Part shown: in pieces, positions 59,391 through 64,000 of the stretch
Numbering within the stretch: the first letter of the stretch is position 1
How the letters are laid out: each line of letters begins with the position of its first letter
Assembly: GCA_037128705.1 (NCBI GenBank)
Contig: JBAXVX010000001.1
Coordinates: 174,383 to 238,382, forward strand
Source: Bacteroidota bacterium
Lineage (GTDB): Bacteria; Bacteroidota; Bacteroidia; Bacteroidales; FEN-979
DNA: 64,000 nucleotides
Direction: 5' to 3'
The notes under the pieces: generated by a model
What the model saw: only the letters and a program-made list of their open reading frames with translations
What the model was told of the DNA's origin: nothing
Database searches by the model: none
Translations under genes and position numbers: made by a program

Positions 59391-60620
59391 TCAGAGTGAC
59401 CCTTCGTCATAGGCTTTTTCGCCATGCAATGCAACATCCAATCCGGCCTTCTCGAGTTCTTCGGGTACCCTTACCCGGGTTATCAGGTTTATCAGGGCAA
59501 GCATGATGTAGGTGAAAATAAAGGCATAAGCCGATGCGGCGATGACCGTTATGGTCTGTTTAAAGAAGAACGAACTCTGGCCGAACCACAAGCCCTCCGA
59601 CAGCACGGCCGGGTTGATGGCCTTGGTGGCGAAAACCCCGAGGAGGATGGTGCCGAGAAAACCGCCTACACCGTGAACACCCCATACATCGAGGGCATCA
59701 TCCCATTTCAGTTTGTTCTTCAGCTGAACTGCCAGGTAACAGGTCAGCCCGGCTGCCGTACCAATAATGGGAGCGGACCACATGGGGACAAAACCGGCAC
59801 AGGGGGTGATGGTGGCCAGACCCGCGATGGATCCGGTTAACAATCCAAGCAGTTTGGGCCTCCCTTCGCGGATCCACTCGATACATACCCATGCAGCGGT
59901 GGCAAAGGATGCAGCCACATCGGTATTGATAAAGGCCAGGGCTGTGATCTTATCAACCTGCAACTCGCTGCCGGCGTTAAAACCATACCAGCCGAACCAA
60001 AGCAGGCCACTTCCGATGGCAACCAGCGGTATGCTGTTTGGAGTAGAATTTTTATCCGTTCGCGCACCCACATAAAACACGGAGGCCAGCGCTGCAAAAC
60101 CAGCTGTGGCATGAACCACAATTCCCCCGGCGAAGTCAAGAATACCCCATTGCGCAAGTAATCCATTGCCCCATATCATGTGGACGAACGGATAATAAAC
60201 CATGATCTGCCATACGGTGAGAAAGATCATATAGGAACGAAAAGTGACGCGGTTTACGAAAGCACCGGTGATCAAAGCAGGGGTGATGATGGCAAACATC
60301 ATCTGGTAAACGATGAATACGATCTCCGGGATCTTGCCATTTCCTGCATAAATAGAGTCGATGGATACTCCATTCAGAAAGATTTTATCAAGGTTGCCAA
60401 AAATTCCGCCTGTGCCGCCACTGAAACAGAGTGAATACCCGAAGGTGACCCACAAAACGGTTGTCCATCCGAGCGAGGCGAAGCTCTGGATCATGATCCC
60501 CAGGATGTTCCGTTTGGAGGCCAGGCCGCCGTAGAAAAACGCAAGCGCCGGCGTCATTAACATTACCAGGCTGGCCGAAAGGAGCATGAACCCGGTTGAA
60601 CCTACATCAATAGTGCCCAT
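59391..60620 (-). CDS. amt: ammonium transporter (Amt family)
   Basis: 409 aa, about 11 TM helices. DFAGGIVVHATAG and GVHGVGGFLG signature histidines. Confidence 0.95.
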   Translation of the reverse strand: MGTIDVGSTGFMLLSASLVMLMTPALAFFYGGLASKRNILGIMIQSFASLGWTTVLWVTFGYSLCFSGGTGGIFGNLDKIFLNGVSIDSIYAGNGKIPEIVFIVYQMMFAIITPALITGAFVNRVTFRSYMIFLTVWQIMVYYPFVHMIWGNGLLAQWGILDFAGGIVVHATAGFAALASVFYVGARTDKNSTPNSIPLVAIGSGLLWFGWYGFNAGSELQVDKITALAFINTDVAASFATAAWVCIEWIREGRPKLLGLLTGSIAGLATITPCAGFVPMWSAPIIGTAAGLTCYLAVQLKNKLKWDDALDVWGVHGVGGFLGTILLGVFATKAINPAVLSEGLWFGQSSFFFKQTITVIAASAYAFIFTYIMLALINLITRVRVPEELEKAGLDVALHGEKAYDEGSL

Positions 60621-60652
60621 AAGTAAGATTTTAGATTAGAGATTTACCTTGA

Positions 60653-60679
60653 CATGTGAATTGTTAATTTTTTCACATG
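60653..60679. promoter_or_regulatory. inverted repeat CATGTGAA-N11-TTCACATG upstream of amt
   Basis: Perfect 8-bp arms at 60653-60660 and 60672-60679, 33-59 nt upstream of the amt ATG (60620). Confidence 0.35.
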
Positions 60680-60772
60680 CAATGTTAGGGCAGCCGGTCC
60701 GATCCTGCAATCCTGTAATATACTGAATTTTAATCAGGTAAAAACGGTGGTGGGTGTAAGTGGATTTCGTAA

Positions 60773-60840
60773 CCAGGCCGGTCCGTCCCCTTAGACCGGG
60801 GAATGATGCCCCCCGGCCGATAAGCCGGCCGAAGTCTGGC
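60773..60840 (-). promoter_or_regulatory. GC-rich structured element between the NarL-type regulator stop and amt
   Basis: Hairpins ccggtc/gaccgg (60778-60783 / 60794-60799), gggg/cccc (60798-60801 / 60811-60814) and ccggc/gccgg (60813-60817 / 60824-60828). An alternative outer helix ccaggccgg (60773-60781) with ccggcc..ctgg (60825-60839) reuses the same bases. Confidence 0.3.
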
Positions 60841-60849
60841 ATTCAACCG

Positions 60850-61509
60850 TCAGATCTCGACGATTTTATTCTTAATAACATACTTGATCAGCTCGACCGT
60901 CGATTTCAGTTCGAGTTTTTTCATGATGTGGTTTTTGTGCGTCTCCACAGTGCGGATGCTGATGTCGAGCTTATCACTGATCTCCTTGTTGATATACCCT
61001 TCGGCGAATAGTTTCAGGATCTCGATTTCACGGGTCGTGAGCGGAATGGGTCCTCCCTGCGATGCCACATCCTCCTCCTTTGCTTTGCGTACATAACTTT
61101 TAAGCATAATGCGTGAGATGGAATCGGCGAAGAATTCTTCACCTTCATAAATGGCATGAATCGCGCTCAGCAGTTCTTCGCGTGAGGTGTTCTTGGGAAG
61201 GTATCCCCTTGCGCCTGCTTTCACCGCATTAAAAATGAAATCCTCATCGGTGTACATCGAAAGGATGAGCACCTTGGTCTGGGGATATTCTGCAGTGATT
61301 CGTTTGGTGATTTCTATGCCGTTGGTATCAGGCAAAGAGATATCAAGGATGAGAATATCGGGAGGCTCGATGGCCACCCTGGCAAAACACTCCTTCCCGG
61401 TGGATGCTTCGCCGAGAATTTTAATCTCATTTGAACTCATTAACAATGACTTGATGCCATCCCGAACGAGCTGGTGGTCATCCACGAGGAAAATCCTGAT
61501 TGTCGGCAT
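60850..61509 (-). CDS. NarL/FixJ-type response regulator (receiver + LuxR HTH)
   Basis: ORF track 60850..61575; ATG 61509 gives MPTIRIFLVDDHQLVRDG. Acceptor context ILILDISLPDTNG; HTH LTTREIEILKLFAEGYINKEISDKLDISIRTVETHK. Confidence 0.9.
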   Translation of the reverse strand: MPTIRIFLVDDHQLVRDGIKSLLMSSNEIKILGEASTGKECFARVAIEPPDILILDISLPDTNGIEITKRITAEYPQTKVLILSMYTDEDFIFNAVKAGARGYLPKNTSREELLSAIHAIYEGEEFFADSISRIMLKSYVRKAKEEDVASQGGPIPLTTREIEILKLFAEGYINKEISDKLDISIRTVETHKNHIMKKLELKSTVELIKYVIKNKIVEI

Positions 61510-63289
61510 ATGGAATGATGATTGGTACATTAACTTTGATGGTGGTGCCTTTTCCCGGAGCAGACCTGATTTCAATCTGCCCGTTAAGCAAACTCACCCG
61601 CTCACGCATGTTGTGAATTCCGTTTCCTCCTGCCTTTCCGGCGAGTGCAGTGGAAAATCCCTTTCCATCGTCACGGATCAGCAGCGATAAAGTTTCGGAA
61701 TTCCTGCTGAGATTCACCCAAACTTCGCGGGCTTCGGCATGTTTTACTATATTGCTCAGGGCTTCCTGAGTTAACCGGTAGATGTAGGTTTGGGTTTTTT
61801 TATCGAGGTTGTCAAAATCCCCCTTGGCTTCGAAATGAATTCTCAACCCGCTGAGTTCTTCCGTATCTGAAAATAAATTTCGGAATGCAATGGCTGGTCC
61901 GAAAGCTTCCAGAACTGATGGCATCAGGTTGTTAGAGATCCGGCGAACCTCATCAATGGTCTGGTCAAAATATTTTTTCAGTTCCTGAATGGAGTTTTTG
62001 ACATCCTTCCCGTCCATGTATAGCAAACTTTCAAGCCTTAGTTTGATGGCGATGAGCAGCTGGCCGATGCCGTCATGCAACTCCCTTGAGAGTCGCTGGC
62101 GTTCCATCTCCTCCCCGTCAATCACAGATCGCATCCTCCCAAAACGCTCCTGCTGGAGTTCAGAAGTCTTCACTTTGATCTGCCGGGCCATAATGTTAAA
62201 AGATTCGGTCAGGAGACCTATTTCATCCTGCGTTGTCACCGGAAGATCTATGTCAAAATGACCTTCGCCAAGGTTGACCGCGGCATTTTTCAGCATGATG
62301 AGTGGTCTGGTGATGTGCCGTGCAATAAAAAAGACACTGGCAAAAAAGATAATAAGGATGAAAATGCTGAGCAGGATTATCTGTGTAAGGGTTTTATAGA
62401 TGGGAATCATGGCCTCCTGAACATCGATTTCGGCAAGGATCGCCCAGTCAAGTCCCGGAACTGATATCTTTCCATAAGAGGAAAGCACGGGAATACCACG
62501 GTAATCTTTGGTAGTGATGATCCCTTCATTTCCATCCAGTGCAGCCGATACCTGCGGTGTTCTCACAACCGTTTGAAGGATCGAGTTGGGCTGGAACCTT
62601 GAAGTTGAACGCATGCTGAAATCAATACCCACCAGGTAGGTTTCACCGCTTAAACCCAGTCCGCTCAAAGGATTGTTGTTCAGCATCATGGAATCAAGAG
62701 CCTCCATGGAGATCTCAAGCACCAGGGTGCTAAATTCATTTTTGTTTGGAAGATTTTTTCCCGGAATGTGCGTCGCAATGAACATCCGGGGTTTCATCTC
62801 TCCACTGTCAAATACTGCATCCAGAATAGCCACAGGTTTTTGCCTCAGGAGTGCATTGATCTGATCAACCCGGAGAATTTTCGGCAAAGGCCCGGGGCTC
62901 TCCATGGCGGTGTCTGAAAATTTCTGACGGATGCAGTCTGCGGAGTCCCTGAAAATAATGAACGAGGAAAAATAGGGGAGGAATGTCCGGTATTTTAACA
63001 GGTAATTCCTGTCTGAAAGGTTCATGGGTAGAGCGGAGGTGGCAAGGGTCGCGAGATTGGCCGATTCTTTGGAATTTGCAATGAAGATGATGTCGTGTGA
63101 ACGATCGTAGAAGAATTTTTCGATCTGGTTCCTTTTCACCATGCGAAGTGAGGTGAGCTGATCAAAAGTCCGGTTCATCAGTGCAGTTTTGGTGCTGTAA
63201 AATGAAACCGTGCTGATGATGATGATTGCACCCAGACCAAGCAAAACAAAGTAAAGGATGAGTTTTTCGCTGAGCAGGACTTTCTTCAT
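61478..63289 (-). CDS. sensor histidine kinase: TM, Cache-like periplasmic domain, TM, HAMP, HisKA_3, HATPase_c
   Basis: 603 aa. Periplasmic GETYLVGIDFSMRS.. and ..YRGIPVLSSYG..GLDWAILAEIDVQEA (Cache-like), HAMP, H-box LSRELHDGIGQLL, DDGKGF, GNGIHNMRERV. The 3' end overlaps the regulator start by 32 nt. Confidence 0.9.
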   Translation of the reverse strand: MKKVLLSEKLILYFVLLGLGAIIIISTVSFYSTKTALMNRTFDQLTSLRMVKRNQIEKFFYDRSHDIIFIANSKESANLATLATSALPMNLSDRNYLLKYRTFLPYFSSFIIFRDSADCIRQKFSDTAMESPGPLPKILRVDQINALLRQKPVAILDAVFDSGEMKPRMFIATHIPGKNLPNKNEFSTLVLEISMEALDSMMLNNNPLSGLGLSGETYLVGIDFSMRSTSRFQPNSILQTVVRTPQVSAALDGNEGIITTKDYRGIPVLSSYGKISVPGLDWAILAEIDVQEAMIPIYKTLTQIILLSIFILIIFFASVFFIARHITRPLIMLKNAAVNLGEGHFDIDLPVTTQDEIGLLTESFNIMARQIKVKTSELQQERFGRMRSVIDGEEMERQRLSRELHDGIGQLLIAIKLRLESLLYMDGKDVKNSIQELKKYFDQTIDEVRRISNNLMPSVLEAFGPAIAFRNLFSDTEELSGLRIHFEAKGDFDNLDKKTQTYIYRLTQEALSNIVKHAEAREVWVNLSRNSETLSLLIRDDGKGFSTALAGKAGGNGIHNMRERVSLLNGQIEIRSAPGKGTTIKVNVPIIIPYADNQDFPRG

Positions 63290-63299
63290 TGAATTTTGC

Positions 63300-63307
63300 T
63301 ACTTTTG
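63300..63307 (+). promoter_or_regulatory. candidate -7 box (TACTTTTG) for M1 peptidase gene
   Basis: TAnnTTTG match, 58 nt upstream of ATG 63366. Confidence 0.35.
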
Positions 63308-63341
63308 GATCCATTCGCGCCTGGATCGAAGTTGAGACAGG

Positions 63342-63349
63342 CAAACATA
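63342..63349 (-). promoter_or_regulatory. candidate -7 box (TATGTTTG) for histidine kinase / regulator (/amt) string
   Basis: TAnnTTTG match on the minus strand, 52 nt upstream of ATG 63289. Confidence 0.3.
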
Positions 63350-63365
63350 CTAAAAATTCGTTGTT

Positions 63366-64000
63366 ATGTTCCCAATATTTATAAGAGAAACACGTAATAA
63401 TATTTTCGCCATTTTACTTTTCCTGATGACTCCGGCACTTTTCCTTTTCACGGGCAGGTTGACTGCCCAGGAGAAAATCGTGACATACTATGCTGATCCG
63501 TCGTCCGTGCCATCCGATCTTCCCATCAGCATCAAACATTTAACCGCCCATGTCAGTTTTCTGCCTGAAAAGAACCAGGTTACCGGTACTGCCGAATTCA
63601 CCTTCCTTCCAAACCGGTATCAGATAGACTCCATTGTGTTCTATCTCCCTGACTCCCATGTCTCTTCTGTGATGATAAACGATGAGCCGGTCAAGTATCA
63701 TCAGACAGGAAGCAACCTGGTAATTAATCCGGATTCTGCTTTTCAACAATCTTTAATCGTCACGCATCACGCGTCATGCGTCACGAATGATACATCACGC
63801 TTATCCCGCATCCTGATCAGCTACACCGCCACCCCGCTCGCAGGGGCCATATATTTTATAGGTTGGAAGCCCGAAGAGGCAGGTAAGCGCAGGCAGATAT
63901 GGGCCCATCGGCCGCATGGCTGGATCCCCTTCATGGAGGGACGCATCACAGTGGATATGTTTGTGACCTTTAACGGCAATTACAAAGTGTTTTCGAATGG
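63366..64000 (+). CDS. M1 family aminopeptidase, N-terminal domain only (continues past the right window edge)
   Basis: Not in the ORF track (runs off the window). My translation from ATG 63366 is stop-free: MFPIFIRETRNNIFAILLFLMTPALFLFTGRLTAQEK.. ..ISIKHLTAHVSFLPEKNQVTGTAEFTF.. ..ISYTATPLAGAIYFIGW.. ..VTFNGNYKVFSNG, matching the beta-rich N-domain pattern of M1 peptidases. The catalytic HExxH is outside the window. Confidence 0.6.
   Translation, partial: MFPIFIRETRNNIFAILLFLMTPALFLFTGRLTAQEKIVTYYADPSSVPSDLPISIKHLTAHVSFLPEKNQVTGTAEFTFLPNRYQIDSIVFYLPDSHVSSVMINDEPVKYHQTGSNLVINPDSAFQQSLIVTHHASCVTNDTSRLSRILISYTATPLAGAIYFIGWKPEEAGKRRQIWAHRPHGWIPFMEGRITVDMFVTFNGNYKVFSN
63761..63802. repeat. degenerate heptanucleotide tandem repeat (CACGCNT x6) inside the M1 peptidase ORF
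   Basis: cacgcat cacgcgt catgcgt cacgaat gatacat cacgctt. 63758-63771 is the exact reverse complement of 51640-51653. Confidence 0.7.

Noticed and set aside
60678-60700. Possible sigma-54 promoter for amt (minus strand ..ccggctgccctaacattgcatg, with a TTGCA -12-like element).
   Set aside because: The GG dinucleotide is 13 nt rather than 10 nt from the GC, and there is no TGGCAC-like -24 element at the required spacing.
60760-60777. Minus-strand cctGGTTaCGAAaTCCac resembles a tRNA T-loop (GGTTCGAATCC), raising the idea of a tRNA remnant or att site next to the GC-rich element.
   Set aside because: Two insertions disrupt the loop, there is no 5-bp T-stem, and I cannot build an acceptor stem or anticodon arm from the flanks.
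60636-60842. 68-aa minus-strand ORF that exactly fills the spacer between the NarL-type regulator and amt (candidate small protein or leader peptide, or a degenerate glnK).
   Set aside because: The first half is Arg/Gly/Pro-rich simply because it reads through the GC-rich hairpin element. It has no P-II motifs, no hydrophobic core pattern and no -7 box, so the region is better explained as structured non-coding DNA or RNA.
1-64000. Search by eye for CRISPR arrays, IS elements or transposases, integrases, phage genes, toxin-antitoxin pairs, restriction-modification or other defence genes, and rRNA or tRNA genes.
   Set aside because: None found. Every gap longer than about 100 nt (1802-1944, 12559-12699, 20387-20580, 31165-31351, 39203-39316, 53331-53488, 59274-59390, 60621-60849) is accounted for by promoters, terminators or the elements reported above. 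I cannot exclude short non-coding RNAs without a computational scan.

Overview
This window reads as a gene-dense core chromosomal segment of a Bacteroidota genome. I support 58 protein-coding genes, two of them cut by the window edges. Intergenic gaps are short, and the Bacteroidota-type -7 promoter box TAnnTTTG recurs about 17-37 nt upstream of many start codons.

Main content:
- Type IX secretion / gliding core: porP-gldK-gldL-gldM-gldN (6.4-12.6 kb), plus a PorW/SprE-like TPR lipoprotein at the left edge.
- Housekeeping genes: dxr, rseP, recG, pheT, secG, groES/groEL, rlmN, adenine deaminase, ackA, kdsB, trmB, purE, hpt, adk, obg, xseA/xseB, radA, panD/panC.
- Methylmalonyl-CoA mutase subunits mutA and mutB, an S46 dipeptidyl peptidase, M16 and M1 peptidases, and an ammonium transporter.
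- Three signalling modules: a sigma-54 activator with no sensory domain, a hybrid kinase plus stand-alone receiver, and a NarL-type pair.

I saw no rRNA, tRNA, CRISPR array, transposase, integrase, phage genes or recognisable defence genes. I do not see convincing evidence for a novel multi-gene system.

Observations most worth a second look:
1. A receiver / hybrid-kinase / porin-like trio wedged between mutA and mutB in one tight same-strand gene string.
2. A degenerate 7-nt tandem repeat (CACGCNT / ANGCGTG) at three loci. One copy lies in frame inside the M1 peptidase gene and one provides the obg stop codon.
3. A 229-nt leader between a NarL-type two-component pair and amt. It carries a GC-rich element with mutually exclusive hairpins and an 8-N11-8 palindrome, and no glnK is present.

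All family names come from motif recognition by eye, not from database searches. Start codons are often ambiguous; I moved several ORF-track starts using signal peptides, conserved N-termini and the -7 box position.
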